A stretch of 64,000 nt of DNA, taken from Candidatus Hodarchaeota archaeon (GTDB taxonomy: Archaea > Asgardarchaeota > Lokiarchaeia > Sigyniarchaeales > SOKP01). The stretch covers positions 174,436-238,435 of the forward strand of contig JBHLJY010000003.1 in assembly GCA_048887225.1 (NCBI GenBank), given 5' to 3'. The notes under the pieces were generated by a model. It ran no database searches. It was not told the DNA's origin and saw only the letters and a list, made by a program, of their open reading frames with translations. The translations under genes and the position numbers were made by a program. Positions 20,065 to 30,303 of the stretch are shown here, piece by piece; the stretch's first letter is position 1; each line of letters opens with the position of its first letter.

Positions 20065-20802
20065 TTATTTTCCCTTCCGCCTATTTCTACTAATATAATC
20101 TTTTAAATCTTCTAACAGTAATTCTTCGTTATATTCAGGCCAAAATTCGTTTCTAAATTTAAATTCTGCATATGAAGCATCCCATAAAAGAAAGCCAGAA
20201 ATTCTAGCACCATCTTCCATTCCAGTGCGAATTATTAAGTCCACTTCAGGAAATTTGTTTGTATATAAATAGTCTTTAATAATTTTACGATCAATATTAT
20301 TTGGATTAATATTATCTTTAATTATATTTTTTACTGCATCGCAAATCTCAGCTTGCCCATCGTACATTATTAAAACATTCACGAAGGCACCATCAAAATC
20401 TTTCGTATATTCGATTAACTCGTCGATTTTATCACGCACATCTTGCGGCAATAACTCTAATCTGCCAAGTACATTGAATTTAACTTTTTCTTCGGTAACA
20501 ATCGGTTCGTTTCTTACTGTTTCTACAGCCAATTTTATTATCTTATATATATATTTTAACTCATCTTTGGGTCGCTTTAAAGCATTTTCGAGAGATAGAG
20601 CATATAAAGTAAGATATTTAATTCCTGCTTCAAAGCAAGCTAACAAAATCTTCTTTACTACTTCGTATCCCCTATAATGTCCTACATTTCTATGGACATT
20701 ATTTATTCGTGCCCAACGACGGTTGCCATCTGGAATTAAGCCAATATGTTTTGGAATTTTATCATTCGGCAATTTCTGCAATTCTGTAAGTTCAGTTTCC
20801 AA
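20065..20802 (-). CDS. uppS: cis-prenyltransferase (undecaprenyl diphosphate synthase family)
   Basis: HIGLIPDGNRRWA, SLEN, IIRTG...RISGFLLW. Confidence 0.95.
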   Translation of the reverse strand: METELTELQKLPNDKIPKHIGLIPDGNRRWARINNVHRNVGHYRGYEVVKKILLACFEAGIKYLTLYALSLENALKRPKDELKYIYKIIKLAVETVRNEPIVTEEKVKFNVLGRLELLPQDVRDKIDELIEYTKDFDGAFVNVLIMYDGQAEICDAVKNIIKDNINPNNIDRKIIKDYLYTNKFPEVDLIIRTGMEDGARISGFLLWDASYAEFKFRNEFWPEYNEELLLEDLKDYISRNRRKGK

Positions 20803-21225
20803 TTAATCTAACACCTATCAGTAAAAATATAAGTTTATAAAAAAATTTTGCGAATTTTTTTAACCCACGGGATACAGATTTTAACTTTAGTTTTAAGATC
20901 TATAATAATATTAAATGATATAAATAATACATTTAATAAAATAAATATGTATTTATTTTTAGGAAAACAAGAAATTATCAATAAAAAGACCTCTCTCTTT
21001 GAAAAAAAATCTCTCTTCTAATAGGAGAGCTGAAAAGTTCATTAAAAAATAGTTATATAAAGGATCAAAAATATTTATTAAAAAATTCAAATATTTTTAA
21101 TAAAATAAAAAATTCTAATTAATCTTAACTTTTAATGTTAAAAAAGGGAAAAAATTAATTTGCGCAATTACTTATATAAATTTATTTAAATAGTCTTGAA
21201 CAAATAAAGAAAAAATGATGATCCA

Positions 21226-22863
21226 TTGATCTCTAATGAATACTTATTTACAAATATCGGTATTGATTCTGTAGGCTTCCATGCCCCGAGATATTATGTT
21301 GATTTAGAAGAGCTAGCCGTGAAGCGTCAAATCGATCCAGACAAGTTTAAAAAAGGTTTAATGTTAAGAGAAATGCGTTTTCCGGAAGTGGATGAAGATA
21401 TTATATCCTTGGGCCTTAAGGCAGGTTATAATGCTTTGGCAAGAGGAAATATTTCTCCAAAAGACATTGATGCTGTTTTTGTCGGAACAGAAACAATGAC
21501 CTATGCTGCAAAGTCGGTATCTAATATTTTTACTGAATTACTTGGCGTTTCGCCAAATTCAATGACACAAGATGTCTATAATACGTGTGCTGCCGGGACT
21601 CTTGCAATGCTAAACGCGATTTCTTTAATAGAAAAAGATATCATAAATAAAGCGCTGGTTATAAATGCTGATATTTCTTCATATGAATTAGGTAGTTTGG
21701 GCGAACCTACCCAAGGTTCGGGAGCGACAGCATTCGTTATTTCAAAAAATCCTCGAGTGGCCGCATTTAGTAAAAAATTTGGCAAGGTTTCTGGTAATGT
21801 TAATGATTTTTTTAGACCAGTAAACGAAATTAATGCGCAGGTGCCAAATGGTCAATATTCTGTTGATACTTATTTAAATTTCCAGTTAAGAGCTTACGAT
21901 GATCTTATTAATAATGTAGGTGATTTTCATGCTGATTATTACACTTTTCATGCACCTTATTCTAAATTACCAATAAAGTGTATGCAACAAATAATACTTA
22001 AAAGATGGGTAAAACATATTAACAATCTTCCAAAATTAGATGTAGATGAAATTAAGAGCTCACTTTTGAAAAAAATTGATAATTTTCTACATGATGTTTC
22101 TGTACTTCCAGGATATATATATTTGAAATTAAAAGAGAAAGGATACTCATCCTCTAGATTAGAGAATTGGGCACATTGGGTAAATACTAATGTTAAAGCA
22201 AAATTACTTCCTCAATTAAGAGTACCTATGCATTTTGGAAACATGTATTCTGCTGCTTTATGGGCCCAAATTATTTATATCCTTGAGAACCATGCTCGAG
22301 TAAGTGATACGATTTATTTTGGCTCATACGGTTCCGGTGCGACTTGTATATCAGGATTATTAAAAGTAAGGCGAAAATTTAAATCTGTAGTAGAAAATGG
22401 ACCAAAAATAGTAGATTATATTAATTATAAGCAAAGAAAAAGTGTCACAGAATACGAACTAATAAAGTATGGCGTTCTAAAACCTCAAATCCATATTGGA
22501 CGCGTGATTGAACATAAGTTAAATGAAAATAGATGTTTTACACTTCATTTTTGTAATAAGGGTTGTATTATCCCAAATATACCCGGATTAAATTATTGTC
22601 CTAATGGGCATTCTGGTTATCATAAAATGGTATTCCCACTCTATGCTGTTTTAAAGTCTAAACCACTATTAAATCCTAACATTAATGATCTTACCTATCT
22701 AAGAAAGGGATTAGTAAGAGTTTCACCAGAAGCGAGTATAGGGAATTCTTTAGAGTATGAATTGAGACGTGTGGTAATTGACGATGAGAATGCTCATAAA
22801 GCACTTAGTTCATTAAATTGGTCCCCTATGTATGTTCCGGTTCACAACATTTATTATATTTAA
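21226..22863 (+). CDS. HMG-CoA synthase with C-terminal DUF35-like extension
   Basis: VGTET, YNTCAAGT (catalytic Cys), GEPTQGSGA, FHAPYSKL, GNMYSAA, SYGSG. Confidence 0.85.
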   Translation: MISNEYLFTNIGIDSVGFHAPRYYVDLEELAVKRQIDPDKFKKGLMLREMRFPEVDEDIISLGLKAGYNALARGNISPKDIDAVFVGTETMTYAAKSVSNIFTELLGVSPNSMTQDVYNTCAAGTLAMLNAISLIEKDIINKALVINADISSYELGSLGEPTQGSGATAFVISKNPRVAAFSKKFGKVSGNVNDFFRPVNEINAQVPNGQYSVDTYLNFQLRAYDDLINNVGDFHADYYTFHAPYSKLPIKCMQQIILKRWVKHINNLPKLDVDEIKSSLLKKIDNFLHDVSVLPGYIYLKLKEKGYSSSRLENWAHWVNTNVKAKLLPQLRVPMHFGNMYSAALWAQIIYILENHARVSDTIYFGSYGSGATCISGLLKVRRKFKSVVENGPKIVDYINYKQRKSVTEYELIKYGVLKPQIHIGRVIEHKLNENRCFTLHFCNKGCIIPNIPGLNYCPNGHSGYHKMVFPLYAVLKSKPLLNPNINDLTYLRKGLVRVSPEASIGNSLEYELRRVVIDDENAHKALSSLNWSPMYVPVHNIYYI

Positions 22864-22997
22864 ATCAAAATAACATACTTTAGATTTTATTTGAAAATTT
22901 TCTAAAATTAAAACAAAATCCATTTTAATTTGGATAAATTTATAAAATCTTAAATAAATCTTTATCATTTAGAAAAATTATTTGAGTTGAAAAGTGG

Positions 22998-24179
22998 ATT
23001 TCTGGTTTTAAAATAGAAGATGAAATCTCATATGATGAATTTGGTCCTGAAAAGATCATTATTTTAAGCGATCCTAAAGTAAATATGAAGGGCTTTTTAG
23101 TAATTGATAATTCTGCTTATGGAGTTCCAGCAGGAGGTATAAGATTTGCTCAAAACCTCACTTTAAGCGAGATGACAAGATTAGCTCGTGCAATGTCTTT
23201 AAAATTTTCCTCCTATGGATTTCCAACGGGGGGTGCGAAATCGGGCTTAATTGGAAACCCGTTTGATAATAATCGTGATTTATTAATAACAAGCTTTGCT
23301 CTCTCACTAGCTCCATTTATTAAAGAAAAAATTTATTATCCTGGACCAGATATGGGCACATATGATTCGGATTTGGAAAGAATATTTAAAATTGCCGGTA
23401 CGCCAGAGCTAGTTCCTCGGAAAATTGGATTAATGAAAGACGATATTCCGATTGAAGAATTATTTACTGGATACGGGGTAGTTAATTGTCTAAAGACTGT
23501 CCTTCAATATAAAAAACCTAAAAATAATAAGCTAAAAATAATTTTAGAAGGCTTTGGTAAAGTTGGAACCAGTATTGCACTTTACTTAAGGGAATCAAAT
23601 TACAAATTAACTGGAGTTTCAACAATAAAAGGTGCCATATACGATGACGATGGGCTCAATATAGATCAATTATTAAGATTAAAGAATGAATTTGGAGGAG
23701 ACGAATTAATTAATCATTATGAAAGTAAAAATGTAATTAAAATTCTAAAAGAAAAATTATTTGAATTATCTTCAGATTATCCAACAGACGTCATAATCCC
23801 TGGAGCAAGACCAGATGTTATTAATAAAGATAATATTGATAAAATAAAAGCAAAATGGATAATTCCTGCCGCTAACATACCATATCAAAAAGGTGTAATA
23901 GATATATTAGAAGAAAAAGGGATTGTCTGTTTTCCTGATTTTGTGTCCAATGCTGGAGAAATCTTAGCTATAGCTGTAATTAATAACCCAATAGGCGAAG
24001 CAGAGATTTTTAACTATATTAAAACGAAAATTTCAGAAAAAACTTTGGAAATATTGAATGGCGCAAATGAACAAAAAATACCTCCTTTTCATTTTGCTGA
24101 AAACAAGGCTCTAAATGCTTTGAGAAAAAAAATAATAAAAATTAAAAGAAAAATTGAAAGAATAAATAGAAAATTTTAA
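22998..24179 (+). CDS. Glu/Leu/Phe/Val dehydrogenase family
   Basis: GGIRF, GGAKSG, GPDMGT, EGFGKVG, PDFVSNAG; the DEFGPEK..DP motif lies upstream of ATG 23085, implying an earlier non-ATG start. Confidence 0.9.
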   Translation: MSGFKIEDEISYDEFGPEKIIILSDPKVNMKGFLVIDNSAYGVPAGGIRFAQNLTLSEMTRLARAMSLKFSSYGFPTGGAKSGLIGNPFDNNRDLLITSFALSLAPFIKEKIYYPGPDMGTYDSDLERIFKIAGTPELVPRKIGLMKDDIPIEELFTGYGVVNCLKTVLQYKKPKNNKLKIILEGFGKVGTSIALYLRESNYKLTGVSTIKGAIYDDDGLNIDQLLRLKNEFGGDELINHYESKNVIKILKEKLFELSSDYPTDVIIPGARPDVINKDNIDKIKAKWIIPAANIPYQKGVIDILEEKGIVCFPDFVSNAGEILAIAVINNPIGEAEIFNYIKTKISEKTLEILNGANEQKIPPFHFAENKALNALRKKIIKIKRKIERINRKF

Positions 24180-24183
24180 ATTT

Positions 24184-25473
24184 GTGGGTTTAATGGGTAA
24201 AATCAATTCAGAAATTTCTGGTTTCTATAAATTGTCTATTGAAGAACGTCATAAGATTTTATCCAACCTTTTTGATTTAACTCAAGAAGAAATAAAATTA
24301 TTACGTAATTTTGGTTATTTTACCCAAACTCAGCTGGATACATTGATAGAAAATGTAGTTGGAAGTTTTCAATTACCAATGGGTATAGCATGCAATTTTA
24401 AAGTAAATCATAAAGATTATTTTATCCCTATGGTAATAGAAGAACCTTCTGTCGTTGCCGCTGCTTCAAATGCAGCTAAATTCGCTAGAAAACATGGTGG
24501 TTTCCATTCTGGAAAAATTAAATCAGTTATGATTTCTCAAATTCAAATTACTCAATTAGAAGATATAAATGCCGCTAAAGAAAAATTAATAGAGCATAAA
24601 GAAAAAATCTTAAATATTGCTAATAATCAAGATCCAATCTTAAAAAAATTAGGCGGTGGAGCATTTGATTTTGAATTTAGAGAATTGGATACAAAAAAGG
24701 GAAAGATGCTAATTCTCCACTTATTAGTCGATGTTTTAGATGCTATGGGAGCTAATTTAGTTAATACTATGGCAGAAGCAGTAAGTCCTTATATTGAAGA
24801 ATTATGTGGTGGAAAAATCTATCTTCGAATTGTATCTAATTTAGCAGCCAAGCGCATTGCGAGGAGTAAAGCTGTTTTTGATAAGGAATTATTAGGCGGA
24901 GAAGAAGTGGTTGAAGGCATTTTAAATGCTTATGAATTTGCCTTAGAAGATCCCTTTAGAGCAACTACTCATAATAAAGGAATAATGAATGGGATTATCG
25001 CATTAACTTTAGCTACTGGTAATGATGCACGCGCTATTGAAGCAGGTGCTCATGCCTATGCTTCTTTAAGTGGAAAATATAAACCTTTAACTAAGTTTGA
25101 TGTTGATAAAGAAGGAAATTTAATTGGAGAAATAGAAATTCCACTAGCGCTGGGAATAATTGGAGGAATGACGAAGGTCCATCCAATGGCACGATTAACT
25201 CTAAAGATTTTAAATGTTGAAAGTGCTGAAGAGTTGTCTCAAGTTGCTGCCGCTGTTGGTCTAGCCCAAAATGTTGCTGCCTTAAGAGCATTATCTGCTG
25301 AAGGTATACAGAAAGGTCATATGGCACTTCACTCACGAAATATCGCTAAAATAGCTGGAGTACCTGACAATTTAATAGAAGAAGTTGCTAAAAAATTAGT
25401 TGAAGATAAAAAAATTCGCATAGATTACGCCAAAGAGATTTTAAATAATCTTTCAAAAAAGAATCAAAAATAA
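24184..25473 (+). CDS. mvaA: HMG-CoA reductase, class II
   Basis: IENVVG, EEPSVVAA, DAMGAN, THNKGIMNG, GIQKGHMALH. Confidence 0.95.
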   Translation: MGLMGKINSEISGFYKLSIEERHKILSNLFDLTQEEIKLLRNFGYFTQTQLDTLIENVVGSFQLPMGIACNFKVNHKDYFIPMVIEEPSVVAAASNAAKFARKHGGFHSGKIKSVMISQIQITQLEDINAAKEKLIEHKEKILNIANNQDPILKKLGGGAFDFEFRELDTKKGKMLILHLLVDVLDAMGANLVNTMAEAVSPYIEELCGGKIYLRIVSNLAAKRIARSKAVFDKELLGGEEVVEGILNAYEFALEDPFRATTHNKGIMNGIIALTLATGNDARAIEAGAHAYASLSGKYKPLTKFDVDKEGNLIGEIEIPLALGIIGGMTKVHPMARLTLKILNVESAEELSQVAAAVGLAQNVAALRALSAEGIQKGHMALHSRNIAKIAGVPDNLIEEVAKKLVEDKKIRIDYAKEILNNLSKKNQK

Positions 25474-25485
25474 TGTATTATCCAA

Positions 25486-26037
25486 TTATATTTCTCCCCA
25501 TCTCTTTATTCCAATATCTATCCCAATTTGATCAAGTATCCTCCCAACAGTATAATTAACTAATTCATCTACGCTTTCTGGCTTTGTATAATAAGAGGGG
25601 ATTGGCGGAGCAATAATAACTCCTAGTTTTGCGAGTTTAAGCATATTTCCAAGATGTATTACACTTAAAGGGCTCTCTCTCACAATAAGTATAAGTTTTC
25701 TTTTTTCTTTTATCGTCACATCTGCAGCCCTTGTAATTAAGTTATCTGCATAACCATTTGCGATGGCAGCTAAAGTTTTCATTGTACAGGGGACAATAAC
25801 CATAGCATCAATTTTATGTGAACCACTTGCAGGAGGGGCAGCTAAATCATCAGCTTCATAATATTTTGTGGAAAATTGATGTAAATCCGCAATCTTATAT
25901 TCCGTCTCAGCTTCAATCACTTTCTCTGCAGCTTTAGATATAATAAGTTCGGTATTAGTTCCCTTATCTTTTAGAATTTTAAGTAATTTAACTGCTATTA
26001 TGATTCCTGATGCACCCGTAATCGCAATTATTATCAA
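25486..26037 (-). CDS. ubiX: Flavin prenyltransferase
   Basis: AITGASG, PPASGS, PCTMKT, RESP. Confidence 0.95.
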   Translation of the reverse strand: MIIIAITGASGIIIAVKLLKILKDKGTNTELIISKAAEKVIEAETEYKIADLHQFSTKYYEADDLAAPPASGSHKIDAMVIVPCTMKTLAAIANGYADNLITRAADVTIKEKRKLILIVRESPLSVIHLGNMLKLAKLGVIIAPPIPSYYTKPESVDELVNYTVGRILDQIGIDIGIKRWGEI

Positions 26038-26466
26038 ATTGAATCACCGATGTTAATACTATAATTTCGAAAAGATTTTTTATTTTCATTTATGTCTTTT
26101 TTTTTTTACGGTGCGACTCAACAAACCTACCTTCTATTATTAGGTTTGGAAACTATGGCTTGTTGTCATCAAATCTTTACGGTCTTTGGCGCTAGTGCCA
26201 ATTTATTTTTATTGATACTTTCCTTGATTATTTTTATTAGATTAGCAGAATAGATCTACTATTAATCACTATAATCAATATTCTTTATTAAAATCTATTA
26301 TTATAATAAGATAATTCTGCTTGAGAATAATTAAAATTAGATTTTACAAGCATTATTTAAATTAATGGATTAATTGATATTATTCAGAATCTTTCTAATA
26401 ATCGTATCATTTTCATAATAATAGCTAAAAAAAAAATTAAAGAAATAAATTTTTGAGATAGCATTT

Positions 26467-27768
26467 ATGGGATTTAGAGAATATTTAGAAAAAATTGATA
26501 AGAAAGGACTTCTTCGAAAGGTAAACGTTGAAGTTTCGAAGATATTAGAGATCTCTGGTATTTTAAAGGAGAGTGAACCAACCCCCGTAATGTTCAATAA
26601 TGTTAAAGAATCCGAATTCCGATTGGTTGGCAATGTATTCTGTACTAAGAATGTAATTGCTTCATATTTTGGTGTGAATCCCACAGATCTCATACCAATG
26701 CTTTCTAGTGCAATTGCACAACGCTCAGAACCAGAAGTCATATCAGACGCTCCTTGTCAAGAAATAATAGAATCAAGCGTAGATTTAGAGAAATTACCAA
26801 TTTTGTTTCATTGCGAAAAGGATGGCGGAAATTATATTAGTTCCGCGGTTGTTATCACTAGGGATCCTGATTATGGACAAAACATGGATTTTCATAGAGC
26901 TATGCAGTTTTCCAAAGAAAAGTTTGCTACTCGAATAGTTAGAGGACGTCATTTTCATAAATTTTTAGAAAAAAATGGTGAACTAGATGTTGCTTTTTGT
27001 ATAGGGAATACCCCTAACGTTCTAATTGCGGGAGCAACTTCTGTGGATATTGGAGTTGATGAATTATATATTGCAAATGCTTTAGAGCCAATTAAAGTTG
27101 TTAAAGCAAATTCAGTTGATCTCTTAATTCCTGCAGAAGCCGAATTTATCTTAGAAGGACGGGTCTATATGGAAGAAAAACATGCTGAGGGTCCTTTTGT
27201 CGATTTAACAGAAACATATGATATTGTAAGAGAAGAACCTGTTTTTGAAGTCAAAAGAATCACTCATAGAAAGGATGCAATTTGGCAAGCTTTATTACCT
27301 GGTGCGCTTGAGCATAAAATATTGATGGGAATGCCACGAGAACCAACCATTTTCAATAAAGTGAATGAAGCGGGAGTTCAATGCTTAGATGTCAATATAA
27401 ATCCCGGAGGTTGCTCATGGTTGCATGCAATTGTACAAATTGATAAAAAATCAGAAGAAGATGGTGAAAAAGCTATTAATGGTGTTTTTGCTGGCCATAG
27501 TAGTTGTAAACACGTGTTTATTGTAGATAAGGATATTGATATTTATGACCCATTATCTGTGGAATGGGCTATGGCAACTCGATTTCAAGGTGATGTCAGA
27601 ATGGTTATTAAAGATAAAGAACCGGGAAGCAGTTTAGATCCTAGCGCAGAGCCGGGAACAAAAATGACAACTAAAATTGGATTTGATTTAACAAAACCAC
27701 TCATAGCTAAAGCAAAGAGCTTTGATAAATCGGATTTCCCAAAAGTAGACATGAACAAATATTTTTAA
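26467..27768 (+). CDS. UbiD-family prFMN decarboxylase, probable anhydromevalonate phosphate decarboxylase
   Basis: EGPFVDLT, WAMATRFQ, SSLDPS; sits in the mevalonate operon. Confidence 0.9.
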   Translation: MGFREYLEKIDKKGLLRKVNVEVSKILEISGILKESEPTPVMFNNVKESEFRLVGNVFCTKNVIASYFGVNPTDLIPMLSSAIAQRSEPEVISDAPCQEIIESSVDLEKLPILFHCEKDGGNYISSAVVITRDPDYGQNMDFHRAMQFSKEKFATRIVRGRHFHKFLEKNGELDVAFCIGNTPNVLIAGATSVDIGVDELYIANALEPIKVVKANSVDLLIPAEAEFILEGRVYMEEKHAEGPFVDLTETYDIVREEPVFEVKRITHRKDAIWQALLPGALEHKILMGMPREPTIFNKVNEAGVQCLDVNINPGGCSWLHAIVQIDKKSEEDGEKAINGVFAGHSSCKHVFIVDKDIDIYDPLSVEWAMATRFQGDVRMVIKDKEPGSSLDPSAEPGTKMTTKIGFDLTKPLIAKAKSFDKSDFPKVDMNKYF

Positions 27769-27778
27769 TATATAAGAG

Positions 27779-28981
27779 TTGATAATAATTAAGTTAGAAC
27801 TAGAAGAGAAAGATATGCTGGAAGGGAAGCATGGAAAAGCTGCACAAAAATCGATGGAGATATTAACAACATTAGGCGAAATATTTGATGCTGAATGTAT
27901 GGTTGACGTTCATAGTGTTCAGATAGCAGGAGTTTCCTATGCTAATCTTGGCGAAGCGGGGTTGGAATTTCTAAACGAAATGGCTGAAGATGGGAATGTT
28001 AGAGTTTTAACAACTTTAAATCCAGCAGGAATGGATCGCCAAAATTGGCAAGCATTAGGAATAGATGAAGAATTTGCTAAAAATCAGAATAGCGCCATAG
28101 ATGCCTTTGCTAAGATGGGAATAATTACAACATGTTCTTGTACACCATATCTAATTGGAAACACACCTCACTATGGACAACATATTGCTTGGGCTGAAAG
28201 TAGTGCTGTTTGTTATTCTAACTCAGTTATTGGAGCTCGAACAAATCGCGAGGGGGGACCAAGCGCATTAGCAGCAGCTTTAACTGGCAAAACGCCTAAA
28301 TACGGTTACCATATAGATGAAAATCGTCATGGTCAAATCTTAGTTAAAATAAATGCTCCAGTTAAAGGCACTGACGAATTTGGAGTATTAGGAAAAATAA
28401 TTGGAGACAAATTAGTTGAATTAGGAAAAAAAATACCCCATATTACGGGAATTCCTTCCGCTACTGTTGAAGAACTCAAGTCTTTTTGTGCTTCCATTGC
28501 TACGTATGGTGGAACAGCATTATTCCACATGGAACAAATAACTCCGGAGTATAAAGAATATCCTAAACCAAGTGATGTTGTGTTTGAAATTAATCAAGAA
28601 GATTTAGATAATACTCGTGCTGAACTTATAGACGACGATCTTGAAATAGATTTTGTAAGTATTGGTTGTCCTCACGCTTCAATTCACGAAATTGCAGAAA
28701 TAGCAAGGTTATTAAGAGGAAAAAAAGTAAAGAAAGAATTTTGGATTACTACTGCTCGACCTACAAAAAAAATCGCAGATGAAGCTGGTTATTCTAAAAT
28801 TATTGAAGATGCTGGAGCAAAATTCGCAGCGGACACTTGCTGTGTTGTAGCTCCAATTAAAGGACGCTTCAAGGGAATCATGGTTGATTCAGCAAAAGCG
28901 TGTTATTACGGGCGCGCAAAGAATAATTTTAAAGTAAAAATTGGTACAATCGAAAAATGTGTTGAGGAGTCCATTAAATGA
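27779..28981 (+). CDS. Aconitase X catalytic subunit, probable phosphomevalonate dehydratase large subunit
   Basis: TTLNP, SCTPY, AWAESSA, GCPH, DTC, DSAK. Confidence 0.9.
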   Translation: MIIIKLELEEKDMLEGKHGKAAQKSMEILTTLGEIFDAECMVDVHSVQIAGVSYANLGEAGLEFLNEMAEDGNVRVLTTLNPAGMDRQNWQALGIDEEFAKNQNSAIDAFAKMGIITTCSCTPYLIGNTPHYGQHIAWAESSAVCYSNSVIGARTNREGGPSALAAALTGKTPKYGYHIDENRHGQILVKINAPVKGTDEFGVLGKIIGDKLVELGKKIPHITGIPSATVEELKSFCASIATYGGTALFHMEQITPEYKEYPKPSDVVFEINQEDLDNTRAELIDDDLEIDFVSIGCPHASIHEIAEIARLLRGKKVKKEFWITTARPTKKIADEAGYSKIIEDAGAKFAADTCCVVAPIKGRFKGIMVDSAKACYYGRAKNNFKVKIGTIEKCVEESIK

Positions 28982-29367
28982 AATTAGAAGGAAGAAAAAT
29001 CTATAAAGGAATTGCTGAGGCAGAAGCGATTGTAACGAAAGATGGAATATCTTTTTATGGTGGCGTTGACCCTGATACTGGCAAAGTTGTTGAGGTTGGA
29101 CATGAACTTGAAGGTCAAACCATAACAGGAAAAGTTTTAGTCTTTCCTACTGGTAAAGGTTCGACTGTAGGATCATACACTATGTATAGAATGAAAAAAA
29201 ATAATACGGCTCCAGTAGCAATCGTAAATGAACAAATAGATACGATCATAGCAGTAGGTTGTATAATAAGTGAAATTCCCTGTGTAGATAAAATTGATAT
29301 TAATTATATTAAAACTGGACAAAAAGTTATTGTCAATGGTTCAGAAGGTACTGTGGAGGTGGCATAA
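28978..29367 (+). CDS. Aconitase X swivel subunit (DUF126), probable phosphomevalonate dehydratase small subunit
   Basis: ISFYGGVDP.TG, GKGSTVGSY. Confidence 0.9.
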   Translation: MKLEGRKIYKGIAEAEAIVTKDGISFYGGVDPDTGKVVEVGHELEGQTITGKVLVFPTGKGSTVGSYTMYRMKKNNTAPVAIVNEQIDTIIAVGCIISEIPCVDKIDINYIKTGQKVIVNGSEGTVEVA

Positions 29368-30303
29368 ACGGGAACTGGCAAAGGATATGGTAAGACAATC
29401 TTATTTGGAGAACATTTTGTGGTTTTTGGTTTTCCGGCTATTGCATCAGCATTAGGCTCCTATACAACTGCAGATGTTAAAGTCGTTGAAGGAAAAAGCT
29501 GGACTGTCAATGATCAGAGACCTGCTACGCCCGGCTATAAAAAAAAGAAATATAGTGAGGCAATGCAATCAATTAAGAATATAATCGAGCATTTAAAAAT
29601 AGATACGGAGAGTCAAAAACTTGAAATAACTTTCGCCGGAGATTTAATTGCTGCTAGTGGAGTTGGTGCTTCTGCCGCTCAATGCACATCTTTAACTCGT
29701 GCCTTAAACGATAGTTTTAATTTAAAGTTAGATGATGAAAAGATAAATGAAGCTGCGTATGAAGGAGAGAGGGCCTACCATGGAACACCATCCGGTATTG
29801 ATAACACGGCTTCAACTTATGGTGGATTGATTTGGTTTGTGAAAAACTTAAGTGGGGGAAAAAATACAATGGAGCTCCTTCAATCACCAAAAAATATACC
29901 ATTAGTAATCGCAAATTCAGGAATCACGGCCTCAACAACAGAAATAGTTGCTGAAGTCCGGCGCTTAAAGGAAGCTAACCCAGAAAAATTTGAAAAAATA
30001 TTTAATGAATATAAGGCATTATCAGAAAAAGCAAAAAAAGCCTTACTTGAAGGAGACATCGACACTATAGGAAATTTAATGAATCAAAACCACAAATTAC
30101 TTCAAAAAATCACCGTTTCAGGGGATATAAATGACAAATTAGTTGATATAGCACTGAAAAATGGAGCATTAGGTGCTAAAATGACGGGAACAGGGCGGGG
30201 TGGTTTGATTATTGCTTTAGCAAAAAACGAAGCAATACAAGAAAATATTGCCAAATCTATAGAAAAAGAAGGATATGATGCCTGGAGAACATTGATTGGT
30301 TGA
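29368..30303 (+). CDS. mvk: Mevalonate kinase
   Basis: GKTILFGEHFVV motif upstream of the listed GTG; ASGVGASAA, HGTPSGID, GAKMTGTGRGG; start inferred at ACG 29368. Confidence 0.9.
   Translation, partial: TGTGKGYGKTILFGEHFVVFGFPAIASALGSYTTADVKVVEGKSWTVNDQRPATPGYKKKKYSEAMQSIKNIIEHLKIDTESQKLEITFAGDLIAASGVGASAAQCTSLTRALNDSFNLKLDDEKINEAAYEGERAYHGTPSGIDNTASTYGGLIWFVKNLSGGKNTMELLQSPKNIPLVIANSGITASTTEIVAEVRRLKEANPEKFEKIFNEYKALSEKAKKALLEGDIDTIGNLMNQNHKLLQKITVSGDINDKLVDIALKNGALGAKMTGTGRGGLIIALAKNEAIQENIAKSIEKEGYDAWRTLIG

Noticed and set aside
20985-21032. CTCTC/GAGAG hairpin between uppS and HMGCS
   Set aside because: Short and low-complexity; cannot be distinguished from chance
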